DNA of 64,000 bases from Felis catus (taxonomy: Eukaryota), in contig NC_058368.1 of assembly GCF_018350175.1 (NCBI RefSeq), positions 83,516,001 through 83,580,000 on the forward strand. The letters are read 5' to 3'. Positions 51,502 through 64,000 of the stretch are shown in pieces (positions within the stretch are counted from its first letter, which is position 1; every line of letters begins with the position of its first letter). The position numbers and the translations under genes are program-made. The notes below the pieces were generated by a model, which saw only the letters and a program-made list of their open reading frames with translations, had not been told where the DNA came from and searched no databases.

Positions 51502-54500
51502 GGTATGGCCAAGATGGCAGAACAGCATGGAAGTTTTTTTATTGTTGCTGTTGTTGTTGTTGTTGTTTTGTTTTGCATCTCTCATCTCTGACATGCAGCC
51601 AGATCAACACAAAACAATCTTGCACACCTAGAAAACTGATTTTAGGATTAACACAGCAATCTGCCCAGCCTGAACCACAAAACTTGGCAAGTATGCAGTG
51701 TGTAGAGGTGAACTGGGGATAGAGAAACCACAGAGGGCAGGGAGCCATTTTTGCTTGTGGGGAGAGGATGGAGATGGGGGTAGAGTACAGGATTTATCCC
51801 TACGCCCCCCCCCCCAAAAGCATCTGGAGAGAAAGTGGAAAAATAGAAGCAGCCACAGGGACTGAACAGAAATGGGAGAAAGGAGAGGGTTTAAATTCCA
51901 TGAAGACTATAAACAGCAGAAGTGCAGAGTCTGAAACTCTGCAGCCCAATACCTGGAGGTGCTCTGGTGGGAAGGGAAAATCCCCAGGATCAAAGAGTGA
52001 GGCTCTCAGGGTCCTCAGGCTACATGGAGACAGGCAGTTCCCCTGCTGGGATGACATTTGGTACAAGCTGTATGGCCACCCCACAGGCAAAGGTCCCAGT
52101 GGGCCCCAGAGAACAACCAGATTCGCTGGTGCTGGAACAAGGACATTAAGGGGGAAGCCTGGTGCCCGATGTGTGTTGCGATTTTCCATAAACCCTGAAA
52201 AGATGCTTCTACAAGATTGTGCAAACTTTTTTGGCGGCAGCCTGGTCACCCAGCCACAGGTTCTGGGCATTGGTAGCAGTGTGGTCTTGTGAAAGTTCCT
52301 GGGGGTGGGCCAGCACCCAGCCATTTCTTAGCAAGACCCTCCCCCAGAAGGTCTGAGTGGGTCAAAATCACAGTCCCTCAGAAGTGAGGGGTTGGGAAAC
52401 ACAGTCCCATTTGAGATAAAACTCAGGACTGATGTGCTATCTGGCAGCCTGACAGCTTGGTCACAGACAGTGTAGAAGCACAAAGTATACAGAAGCTGGA
52501 GACAAAGGAGGGGTGCTTGATTGTCGGTGGTGGATAGCACAGAGTTCCTATACTAGAGACTAGGAAGCTGAGTGACACCATTTTCACTCCTCCTGCACAT
52601 GCGCATACATGCTTGTACAAGCCACAGCCATCCACTCCAGTAAGCTAAGCAGCACCAACTAGTGGAGAACGGATCATTACATTAAACCCATTACATTAAA
52701 CCCAGCCCAAATGGGCCAACAGTGCTCTTGACAAAAACAAGTCTCAGCCTGCTTAGTTTATGGACTATAAAGTGCTTCACAACTTAACTTCTATGGGAAA
52801 TCAGATGTAAATTCAATTATACTTCATTCTGTTCTCTGGTCTTTTTATTCATTTTTTTTTCTTTTCTTATTCTTGAATACAGAAAGGAAAAATTCTATTT
52901 TTTTCCATTTTATTAAAAACATTTTTGTTCCATTTTTTTCTATTATATTTTTTACTTTTTTGTGAATTTTTGAAATTGTTTTTTACTTTCATTATTTCAT
53001 TTTATTCTATTTTATTGTATTCATTTCTTTCAAACGTTTGAAAATTTGAAAATTCAATGAATTAATAAAGTAAAAAAAATTGAATTTCCTTTTTTTTCTT
53101 CTCCTTTTTCTTTTCTTACTTTCCCTTTTTTCTCTAATCTATCAAGCTTCTTTCAACAACCACACCAAAACATACCTAAGATCTTGCATCTCTATTTTGA
53201 TTTCTTTGTGTTGTTTTTAATTTTTTAATTGTATTTTTTTACTTTATTAATTCATTTTCTTACTCCAAAATGATGAAAAGAAGGAATTCACCCCAAAAGA
53301 AGAAACAGAAAGAAATGACAACCAGGGACTTAATCAACACAGATACAAGCAAGATGTCTGAACCAGAATATAGAATCAGGATTATAAGAATACTAGTTGG
53401 AGTTGAAAATAGATTAGAATCTCTTTTTGCAGAGATAAAAGAAGTAAAAGCTAATCATGATGAAATAAAAAATGTTGTAACTGAGCTGCAATCTCGAATG
53501 GATGCCATGGTGGCAAGGAAGGATGAGGCAGAACAGAGAATCAGTGATACAGAGAACAAAATTGTGGAGAATAATGAAGCAGAAAAAAAAGAGGGAGACT
53601 AAGGCAAAAGAACAAGATTTAAGAATTAGAGAAATCAGTGACTCATTAAAAAGGAACAACATCAGAATCATAGGGGTCCCAGAAGATGAAGAGAGAGCAA
53701 AAGGGCTGACAGAAAACTTTCCTAACCTGGGGAAAGAAACAGACATCAAAATCCAGGAAGCACAGAGAGTTCCCATTAGATTCAACAACAACAAAAAGAC
53801 CATCAACAAGGCATATCATAGTCAAATTCATAAAATACTCAGGCAAAGAAAGAATCATGGAAATAGCAAGGGAAAAACAGTCCTTAACTTACAAAGGAAG
53901 ACAGATGAGGTTTGCAGCAGACCTATCCACAGAAACTTGGCAGGCCAGAAAGGAGTGGCAGAATATACTCAATTTGCTGAGTTGGAAATATACGCAGCCA
54001 AGAATTCTTTCCCCAGCAAGGATGTCATTCAAAATAGAAGGATAAATTAAAAGTTTCCCAGACAAACAAAATTAAAGGAGATCATGACCACTAAACCAGA
54101 CCTGAAAGAAATTTTAAGGGGGAATCTCTGAGGGGATAAAAGACAAAAAAATAAATAAACCCAAAGCAACAAAGACTAGAAAGGACCAAAGACTGGAGAA
54201 CAGTACCAAAAACTCCAACTCTACAGGTGATATAATGGCAATAAATTCATATCTTTCAGTACTCATTCTGAACATCAATGTGTGAAATGCTCGATTCAGA
54301 AGACATAGAGTAACAGAAAGGAAGGAAAAAGAATAAGATTGATCTATATGCTGTTTACAAAAGACCCACTTTAGACCTAAAGACAACTTCAGATTGAAAA
54401 TAAGGTTATGGAGAACCGTCTATCATGCTAATGATCATGAAAAGAAAGCTGGAGTAGTCATACTTAGACAATCTAGATTTTCACATAAACACTGTAACAG

Positions 54501-57500
54501 GAGATGAAGAAGGGCATTATATCATAATTAAGGGGTCTATCCACCAAGAAGACCTAACAATTGTAAACATTTATGGGCCAAATGTGGCAGCACCCAAATA
54601 TACAAATCAATCACAAACATAAAGAAACTCACTGATAATAATACCATAATAGTAGGGGACTTCAACACCCAGCTTACAGCAATGGACTGATCATCTAAAC
54701 AGAAAATCAACAAGGAAACAATGTCTTTGAATGACACACTGGACCAGATTGACTTAACAGATATATTCAGAACATTTCACCCCAAAGCAGCAGAATACAC
54801 ATTCTTCTCGAGTGCACATGGAACATACAAACTGGCACACAAATCATCCATCAACAAGTACAAAAAGATCAAGATCATGCCATGCACATTTTCGGACCAC
54901 AACACTATGAAACTCGAAATCAACTACAAGAAAAATTTGGAAAGATAACAAATACTTGTAGACTAAAGAACATTCTACTAAAGAATTAATGGGCTAACCA
55001 AATTTTAAAGAGGGTATTAAAAATAAATGGAATCCATTGAAAATGATAAAACCACAGCCCCAAATCTCTGGGACACAGCAAAGACGGTCATAAGAGGGAT
55101 GTATATAGCAATCCAGGCCTTCCTAAAGAAGGAAGAAAGGTCTCAGATACACAACGTAACCTTCCACCTCAAAGAGCTGGAAAAAGAACAGCAAATAAAA
55201 CCCAAAACCAGCATAAGACAGGAAATATTAAAGATTAGAGCAGAAATCAATGCTATAAAAACCAACAAACAAATAAAACAAAACAAAACAAAACACATTA
55301 GAACAAATCAATGAAACTGGGCACTGGTTCTTTGAAAGAATTTACAAAATTGGTATCCCCTAGCCAATTTGATAGAAAAGAAAAAGGAAAGGACCTAAAT
55401 AAATAAAATCAAGAATGAAAGAGGAGAGATCACAACCAACACTGCAGAAGTACAAGAAGAAGAAGAAGAAGAAGAAGAAGAAGAAGAAAGAGGAGGAGGG
55501 GGAGGAGGAGGAGGAGGGAGAGGAGGAGGAAGAGGGGGAGGGGGAGGATGAGGGGGAGGACAAGGGGGAGGACAAGGGAAAGAAGAAGAGAATATTATGA
55601 GCAATTATATGGCAATAAAATGGACAATCTGGAAGAAATGGACAAATTCCTAGAAGACTATAAACCACCAAAACTGAAATAGGAATAAATAGAAAGTTTG
55701 AACACACCCATAACCAGCAAAGAAATGAAATTAGTAATCAAAAATCTCCCAAAAAAGAAGAGTCCAAGGCTGGAAGGCTTTCAGGGGGAATTCTACCAAA
55801 CATTTAAAGAAGAGTTAACACCTATTCTCTTGAAGCTGTTCCAAAAAATAGAAATGGAAAGAAAACTTACAAATTCTTTCTATGAAGCCAACATTACCTT
55901 GTTTCCAAAACCAGACAAAGACCCCATTAAAAAGGAGAACTACAGAGCATTTTCCCGGTTGAACATGTATGTAAAAATCCCCAACAAGACACTAACCAAT
56001 GAATCCAATAATACATTCAAAGAATTATTCACCATGGCCAAGTGGGATTTATACCTGGGATTCAGGGCTGGTTCAATATCCACAAAACAATCAATGGGAT
56101 ACAGCACAACATTAAAAGAAAAGAGAAGAACCACATTATCCTCTCAAAAGATACAGAGAAAGCATTTGATAAAACACAGCATCTTTTCTTGATATAAAAT
56201 AAAAACTGAAGAAAGTAGGGATAGAAGGATCATACCTCTAGATCATAAAAGCCATATATGAAAGACACATAGTTCATATAATCCTCAATGGGGAAAAACT
56301 TGGGAGCTTTCCCCCTAAGGTCAGGAATTCAACAGGGATGTCCACTTTCACTAATGTTATTCAACATAGTATTGGAAGTCATAGCCTCAGCAATCAGACA
56401 ACACAAAGGAATAAAAGACATACAAATTGGCTAGGAGGAAGTCAAACTTTCACTCACTGCAGATGACATGATACTTTATATGGAAAACCCAAAATATTCC
56501 ACCAAAAACTGCTAGAACTGATCCATGAATTCAGCAAAGTGGCATGATAAAAAAAATCAATGCACAAAAATCGGTTGCATTCCTATACATCAACAATAAA
56601 GCGACAGAAAGAGAAATCATGGAATCAGTCCCGTTTATAATTGCACCCAAATCCATAAAATACATAGAAATAAACACAATCACAGAGGTGAAAAATCTAT
56701 ACACTGAAAATTACAGAAAGCTTAAGAAAGAGGTTGAAGAAGACACAAAAAAATGGAAAAAGATTCCATGCTCCTGGATAGGAAGAACAAACATTGTTAA
56801 AATGTTGATACTACCTAAAGCAATCTACCTCTTCAAGGAAAATACATATCAAAATAACACCAGAAGTCTTCACAGAGATAGAAAAAACAATCCTAAAATT
56901 TGTATGGAACCATAAAGACCCTGAATAGCCAAAGTAATCTTGAAAATGTAAACTGAAGCTGGAGGAATCACATTCCAGATATCAAGAGGTATTACAAAGA
57001 TGTAAGCATAAAGACAGCATGGTACTGGCACAAAAAACTGACACTCAGATCAATGGAACAGAATAGACAATCCAGAAATGCACCCATAAACATATTTTAA
57101 ACTAATCTTCGACAAAGGAGGGAAAAATATCCAGTAGAATAAAGACAGTCTCTTCAGCAAATTGTGTTGGGAAAAGTGGGCAGTGACATGCAGAAAAATG
57201 AATGTGGACCTCTTTTTTTACACCATATACAAAAATAAGCTCAAAATGGATTAAATACCTAAATGTAAGATCCTAAATCAAATACCTAAATCAAATCCTA
57301 AATTAAAATCCTATAGAAGAAAACAGGCAAAAACCTCTTTGACCTCGGCGACAGCAACTTCTTTCTCAACACATCTCTGGAAGCAAGGGAAACAAAAGTT
57401 CGGACCTCATCAGAATAAATCTTCTGCACAGCAAAGAAAACAATAAGCAAAACTAAAAGGCAACTGGCATAATGGGAGAAGATATTCATAAATGACATAT

Positions 57501-58432
57501 CAGACAGAAGATTCGTATCCAAAATCTATAAAAAAAATTATCAAACTCAACACCCAAAAACAAACAATCCAGTGAAGAAATGGGCAAAAGACATGAATAG
57601 ACACTTCTCTAAAGAAGACATACAGATGACAAACAGACACATGAAAAAATGCTCATCACTTATCATCAGGGAAATACAAATCAAAACCACAATGAGATAT
57701 GACCTCATATCTGTCAGAATGGCTAACATTAACAGTACCTCAGGCAACAACAGATCTTGGCAAGGATGCGGAGAAAGAGGATCTCTTTTACATTGTTGGT
57801 GGGAATGCAAACTGGTGCACCCACTCTGGAAAAGAGTTTGGAGTTTCCTCAAAAAACTAAAAATAGAAGTACCCTACAACCCGGGAATTGCACTACTAGG
57901 TATTTATCCAAGAGATACAGGTGTGCTGTTTCGAAGAGGCACATGAATTCCCAATGTTTAGAGCAGTGCTATTGACAATAGCCAAAGCATGGAAAGAGCC
58001 CAAATGTCCATCAATGGATGAATGGATAAAGAAGATGTACAAATATACAATGGAGTATTACTCAGCAATCAAAAAGAATGAAATCTTGCCATTTGCAACT
58101 ACGTGGATGGAACTGGAGGTATTATGTGAAGCGAAATTAGTCAGAGAAAGACCAATATCATATGATTTCACTCATACGAGGAATTTAAGATACAAAACAG
58201 ATGAACATAAAGGGAGGGGAGCAAAACGTAAAAGAGTCTTAAATATAGAGAACCAACAGTGGGTTGCTGGAGGGGTTGTGGGAGGGGGGATGGGCTAAAT
58301 GGGTAAGGGGCATTAATAATCTACTCCTGAAATCATTGTTGCACCATATGCTAACTAACATGGATGTAATTAAGTAAAAAATAAATTAAAAAATAAAATA
58401 AATAAACAAATAATTAACTAAATAAAAATAAG
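51502..58432 (+). mobile_element. Full-length disabled LINE-1 (lineage B, ~1.77 kb 5'UTR)
   Basis: ggccaagatggcag 5' end, ORF1 from 53270, ORF2 from 54235, many stops and frameshifts, A-rich tail; 21-bp TSD aatacttc(t/c)tgtgattattta at 51481-51501 and 58433-58453. Confidence 0.97.
55452..55590 (+). repeat. (GAA)n/(GAG)n polypurine expansion inside L1 ORF2
   Basis: Direct reading; absent from sister L1 copies at ~15160 and ~23075. Confidence 0.95.
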
Positions 58433-60199
58433 AATACTTCCTGTGATTATTTAAAATGAGAGTGACAGTCAATAAACATAGTAATACACATGTCACTCCA
58501 CCAATAAAATAACCAGTGTTATAAATTTGTGTATATAATTATGGATGGATCAAAGTGTGATAACTAAGTCATGTTAAGTATATTTACTTCATTATTTCAC
58601 ATCATAATATACTATAATTTCACAATTCTGCTATCTGATTTTACTTATCTCATGGTAAATTGCTATAAAGAAAAACAATTGTAACTTTTTTTTTATGTTA
58701 GGTTAATTTTGGGCCATTATGCACAACAATGCAATGGATAGCTTTGTATAGGAATATTCCTCTGCAACTCTACTTCAGAAGAGTTTTCAGGAAATGCTAC
58801 ATCAAGGGAAAAAAATCTGTATTGCCAAATAAACCTCAAGATTACTTTTTAACACTCTTGAGTAGCAATGTAATACAGTATATCTCTTTTACCACCCTTG
58901 TGTTTTCTGATATGTATGCATGCATGTGTACAAGTACATATGTTTTTATATTAAGATGACTATAAGAAAATTAAAGGAGCTATATCAACTCCATCACCAG
59001 TAGCACTTTAATTAACACAGTCTGAACTTTCACTTAATTTTTTTTGTGTGTGTATTGTATTGTGAACAATTAGATAAAGAATATAGTTAAGATGATTTTA
59101 GATGTTGATAAGAGGGTACCACAACTTTTCTTGGTTACACTACATTTCATATATAAAATTAGTCAATTGGCATTTACTGGCTCTGTTTCTCTCTGGGGTC
59201 GTAAAATGAATTCCGAGTTGAATTTTTCCTGTGGCCGGGGAAAGTAAATACCAATTGGATATCATATGATGAACTATCATCATTTTATATGAAGACTTTT
59301 AGATTACTTACCTGAATAGACAACAATGATTAATTCAACAAATGAATTTAAGTGCTTACTATAACCTAGGTACTATATTGGAAATGGTTAACACACTATT
59401 AATCAAAATAGAAGATGTAATGAGACCTAAGAATTAGGTTAGTGATAAGGATTATATGAGTTAATGTATACAAAGTGATTAGGTATCATTATCATTACGT
59501 TATATTATTATCAATAAAATGTCTTCTGTTTTGTTTTCTGAAGAAAGTATGTGCTTATCAGTTTTTAGTTTAGCAAATTTAATGAAAAAAATTGAGCACT
59601 GCTGGTAATTTCTGTAAGATATATTGGGGTCATAGATGCTATTAATGACTTCAAGCAGAGTTTCAAATTTTCTGGCTTCTTTTTCCTCTCTCAGTAGTGA
59701 AACGTGGTTGGTTTGATGGAGGGTGATGGAGAGTGATGGATTGTGGGGAGGATAATAATAACAACAAGAACAGTAACAATAATAGCAATAAACCAAACTA
59801 GTGTTCTTATAAAGATAGGTAAGTTCCTGTACACAAGAAGAGAGCACAGGACAGATATTGTCAACCGTGTATAATTGTGCATTGACACGGCTTGTGTTGT
59901 TTTTAAATGACTTCAAAGTCTTTTCATGTGTATTATCAAATTAAATTCCCACAACAAACCTATACATTAAAGATAATCCTCATTTTTACAGTTGAGGAAC
60001 TAATACTCAAGGAGGGTGTTTTTCATCCAATATTTGAGACCGAGAGGTCAAATGATTTGCAAAATTATCCAAAGAAGAATGCAGCGTTTTTTAATCCAAG
60101 GACATGGTTGGTTTAGTTATAAATTAAGGTAAAATACTTCTTTGCAACAATTGCAAAGTTAAAAATCAGAAAAAAAAGAGAGAGAGAGAGAGTCATAGA

Positions 60200-60830
60200 A
60201 CTAGAAAAGCGCACTTGCCCTTGCCAGAAGCATTTCCTCAAGAGAAACAGCAAGGCATCCTGAGGGGTCCCATAGGTTGGGCTGTCTGAAGCAGCAGCGG
60301 CAGTTCCCCCCATAGCCAGTAGGTGGCAGCATTGGTCGGCCTGCACAGGTCTCCTCAGGGCCCGAGGTGGCTGTCTTCCAACTTCCCTGAGACTGGGACC
60401 AGCTCTCACTCTGCGCTGCGCAAGGGGTGGTGGGAAACAAGAACAAACACCTCCTCTGAGGTTCTGGACAGTAGTGCAGTGTCGATGCTCAGGGTGGTCA
60501 TGTGTTTGCATTAGCCATATAGCTCAGAGCCCAGATCCGTTGCGTCCTGGACGGGCGACGTCAGCATCGGGCCTGGAGGGACTTCCACGTAGCAACATTG
60601 AAAGCTGGGTGAAAGGAGGCACCCGAGGAGAGCAAGCATCCTTTTTGGGCTGCATAACTGAGACGTCCTGCCCAAATGGAGGGCCACCCTAGTGCTCAGC
60701 ACCCTGCGCTCCACCAAGGAACAGGCCACAGACACCTGTATAGTCAAGATGTGTCTAAGGGTGAGCTCAGGAAGACTGCTCTGAAAACAGACCCAGAGCC
60801 AGAGAACACACACCTTGTCCGAGCCCAGCA
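60200..60830. promoter_or_regulatory. GC-rich, CpG-retaining candidate promoter
   Basis: About 18 CpGs in ~630 bp by hand count against a CpG-depleted background; MYB, CRE-like and RFX half-site motifs at 60537-60596. Confidence 0.5.
60299..60331 (+). promoter_or_regulatory. CTCF site with upstream (ZF9-11) motif
   Basis: Core TAGCCAGTAGGTGGCAGCA (60313-60331) preceded at 5-bp spacing by GGCAGTTCC. Confidence 0.7.
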
Positions 60831-61042
60831 AGCTGCTGCACAGCCTGGAAAAGTGACCTCAAAGTCCCCATCTACAACAAGAGGGTGATAAAAAGCTATT
60901 CTTAGATTCTCACAACTTTTTGACTTCCTCACTCTAAAGAGCAAGTTTGATGTGCACTTGAACATAACACCATCTTCACAACAGTGAGCAGGTGACTTTT
61001 AACAAAATCAGTTGCCCTAGAAAGAGCAATTCCTTCATCCAT

Positions 61043-61400
61043 TCAATAAACATTGAAGTAAGAAGCAGGCGAGATGCTGAGGTCAAAATGGAGAAAATGA
61101 CTTACATGACCTCTGCCCTCTAGAGACTTGTTGGCAGGTGAGAAGATGCATAAAGAGGCAGTCAAGCAGCCTGGAATTGGAACCTTTAGGGAGCTCTCTG
61201 GGGAGGTACATGAAGCTGACACCCGGCATCTGTGATAAGTGTTTTTGTGTGAAGAAGAGAACAGACAAGGACGGGAACTCCTTGTGCAAAGAATGTGAAG
61301 GAAGCCCAGAGAGAAAGATGTGATGTGTTCCAGAAATTTGTAGAACACAATGAGGTTGGCATTGAAGGGGTGGGGCAATGTGACCTTGGTGAGGGGTAAA
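61043..61400 (-). mobile_element. L2 3' relic
   Basis: ttcatccattcaataaacattg...tgacctctgccctctagagacttg...ggtaaagtgggcttcaagga. Confidence 0.5.
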
Positions 61401-61693
61401 GTGGGCTTCAAGGAAAGGAAATCTACCAGTCATCTATTTAGGAACAATTGTAACAATTGAATTAGAAACCTATTTGTTTCAGCACCTGATCATTTCCCTG
61501 AATAAAACTTCCCACAGGCTGTCCTCTTAAGCAATGTCCTATGAAAACAGTTCCAGGTCAGCTTTCTCTCTATGGGAGCTATTTCTGGGCTGTGAAACAT
61601 CACTGGCAATTGTTGATCCCCATAACCCCTTTGAATGAATCATTTCCTCTAAAATTATTATCCCATTTTCTCTCCAATTGACTCCAATCCAAC

Positions 61694-62611
61694 TGTTGTT
61701 CCTTTTGAAACCAGGGATGCAAGACCCTGCAGACACCAAAGTTTGATATACGGCTACTAGCTGCTTCTGACTAGAGTCATGTAGCCCCTAGTTGCTATTA
61801 CAGGAACCTGCAGAATTGCCTCAGGAAATAATATAAAGTTGATTTCCAAAAGTTTGTGGGATGTTTTTCTTTCTGCTTGAGATAATAAGCATAATGTGTC
61901 ATGTTTGCAAGAAAAAAAAAACTAATAATAACTTTAAGCTTAGTAGTAGTCACAGGATCCAGAACTTTTGCCTTTAGAGGTAACATGTAAATCTAGAGGT
62001 GACATCATAATGCTATCTGCCAAGAATGTTTTGCAGTTCTGGGCCCTTAAAGTGGAACAACCGGGCCACTGAAACAGAATGGCCACCTCACCGCCACCAC
62101 ACTGGAATCAGACAAGGAGTAGCCAAAAGGAACAATATGATCAGGAAATGAAATTTTATACCAGTCCTAATCTTCGATCACATTTATCCAGGACCCTGAA
62201 GCCTTTACTCCGAATTTTCACCCTTTAAAAACTCCTGCTTATAAGGGGTGCCTGGTTGTCTCAGTTGGTTAAGCAGCTGACTTTTGTGTTTGGCTCAGGT
62301 CATGCTCTCATGGTTCATGAGTTCAAGCCTCACATTGGGCTCTGCACTCAATGTGTAGAGCCTACTTCAGGTCCTCTGTCTCTCTGTCTTTCTCTCTGCC
62401 CTTCCCCCATTCTCTCTCACTCTCTCAAAAATAAATAAATGTTAAAGTTAAAAACAAAAAACAAAAAAACAAAAGTTCTGCTTGTAAGCCATCAGGGAGT
62501 TTGGGACTTTGAGCATTAGCTCCCCATTCTCCTGGGAAGTGCCACACCATTGTCAGTTTTTAGTGGCTTGCTGCACATTCGGTGGACAAACTCTTGTTTG
62601 GTTCAGTTACA
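61694..62611 (+). mobile_element. Solo LTR inserted in an L2 relic, containing a SINE
   Basis: TG...GGTTCAGTTACA termini; flanks ccaac/ccatc; L2-like sequence continuous across the insertion. Confidence 0.65.
62245..62470 (+). mobile_element. Can-SINE
   Basis: ggggtgcctggttgtctcag head; degraded TSD aaaactcctgcttataa/aaaagttctgcttgtaa. Confidence 0.92.
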
Positions 62612-63520
62612 CCATCAGTCCTCTGAGGAAACTCCCCAGAGGCAACAATGACATCAACCTTTCCAAATATAATGATTAATTTTCAGTCTTCATTTTTCTC
62701 AATGACCAGAATTGGGTATCATGGATCTCTTTCTCTTGTTTTTCCTTCATCATCAGAGACTGGATACCTTTACTGGAAATTCTTCATCTCACTGCCCTCT
62801 TGCCTTTAGAGATTCCCACTCTTTCTGTTCAGATTTCTCCAGCATTTCATCTAGGGTCATAGTTGTAAATGCCAAATACCTCCTGAAAACCACCAAATGA
62901 ATATTGCATACCTATCCTCTGCCCTGCACTCCGGACTAGGATATCAAAGTGCTTATTCAGTAATTTATCTTGGCTAGTAGACATACCACTCTTTCCTATT
63001 CTGGGGTGAGCCCTTGTCTCTCTTCCTCCTGTGTGCTTTCCTCAGTCCACCCCGTATTAGAAAATGTAAACCCCATTTTCAATATCTTTGCCCAATTAAA
63101 CTCAAAGCTAATACTTCACTTCTCTCATAAATCTAAAGGCATTAGCAAATCCTGTTGCCTTTCTGGTAGATAAATATGTCATAAAACCACCCCATTTTCC
63201 ACCCCATTACCCTTCTAACACACATTATTTCTCCCAACTTTTCACTCCTTCATTCTCCACGCAGACATTTGAGTAAGTCTTTAAAAATATGTTTTTCTCG
63301 AAACTCTCCCGTTATTCTCCAGGTCACTTGAAAGTACAATTACCTGGGACAACAAATAATCAAGCCTCATTGAACTCCCAGCCTTATTTTCACCATGTCT
63401 ATTCTTCCCTACTCCACTGCAGGCACACAGAACACTTGGCTATTTTTCAACAATAATCCTTTCTCATAAGTTTCATACTTATAGTCATTTTTTTTCCAGA
63501 AAACTTCTCTATTATTAGGG
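62612..63520 (+). mobile_element. L2 relic
   Basis: caacaatgacatcaacctttccaaat..ttttcagtcttcat; cattagcaaatcctgttgccttt. Confidence 0.6.
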
Positions 63521-63534
63521 AATTTAACCTAACC

Positions 63535-63900
63535 ACTATATGAACTAAACTCAAATGTTAGAGGCTTAACATCATAAAAATAAATTAATTCCTCTCTCAG
63601 GCAGAATAACATGTGATGGTTCCTAGTCAAGTTGTTCTATAAGTGGTGCTTATCCAAGCAGTGACTCAGAGATCCAAGTTCCTCCCATTAAATGTCTTTT
63701 TTTTTAATTTATAGCCAGGCTTCAGCCAAGGAAAAAGAGAGAAAGGGAGAATTAAGTCTCATGTCCCAGAAGTAAATGATAGCACTCTTATTGATACTCC
63801 ACAAGATGTTCTGCTCACATGGAATGCATTTATAGTGACATCTCACTGAATGTCCTGTCGGTATAATATGACCCTCCACTTCTATTCCACAGGATGTCCT
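63535..63900. mobile_element. MaLR LTR (MLT1-like) relic
   Basis: ctcaaatgttagaggcttaacatc..ttaattcctctctca..gcagtgactcagagatccaagttcc. Confidence 0.5.
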
Positions 63901-64000
63901 GTTCACATAGGATGTACTTCCATTGATGTCCTGAGGGTTATCATATCCACATGGTTTCATCCACTTGGGAGAATACTGAGACATAAAGCCCTAAGAGGGC

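Noticed and set aside
55360..55707. Poly-K/E, poly-P and poly-S ORFs
   Set aside because: Frames of the (GAA)/(GAG) expansion in a dead L1
60113..60965. Short ORFs in the GC-rich block as a hidden gene or OR pseudogene
   Set aside because: No OR motifs or recognisable domain; overlapping ORFs on both strands reflect GC content

Overview
Mammalian (carnivore, very likely felid/cat judging by Can-SINE and L1 types) AT-rich olfactory receptor cluster segment. It holds two intact single-coding-exon class II odorant receptor genes on the minus strand: OR2T1-like (27229-28194) and OR2T6-like (44273-45232). The rest is mostly retroelements: two full-length but disabled LINE-1 copies from different lineages (12001-17978 and 51502-58432), nested, inverted and truncated L1 fragments, about 18 tRNA-derived Can-SINEs, solo LTRs, L2/MIR relics and microsatellites. 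Nearly all other ORFs in the track are L1 debris or noise. I see no new protein-coding system, CRISPR array or RNA gene. The most interesting unexplained signals are regulatory: a CpG-retaining block with a CTCF site and clustered MYB/CRE/RFX motifs (60200-60830), paired Lhx2/Ebf-type composite motifs (1374-1500), and an open in-frame N-terminal extension on OR2T1. Repeat family names and orthology come from recognition by eye and memory, not from database searches; boundaries without TSDs are approximate.
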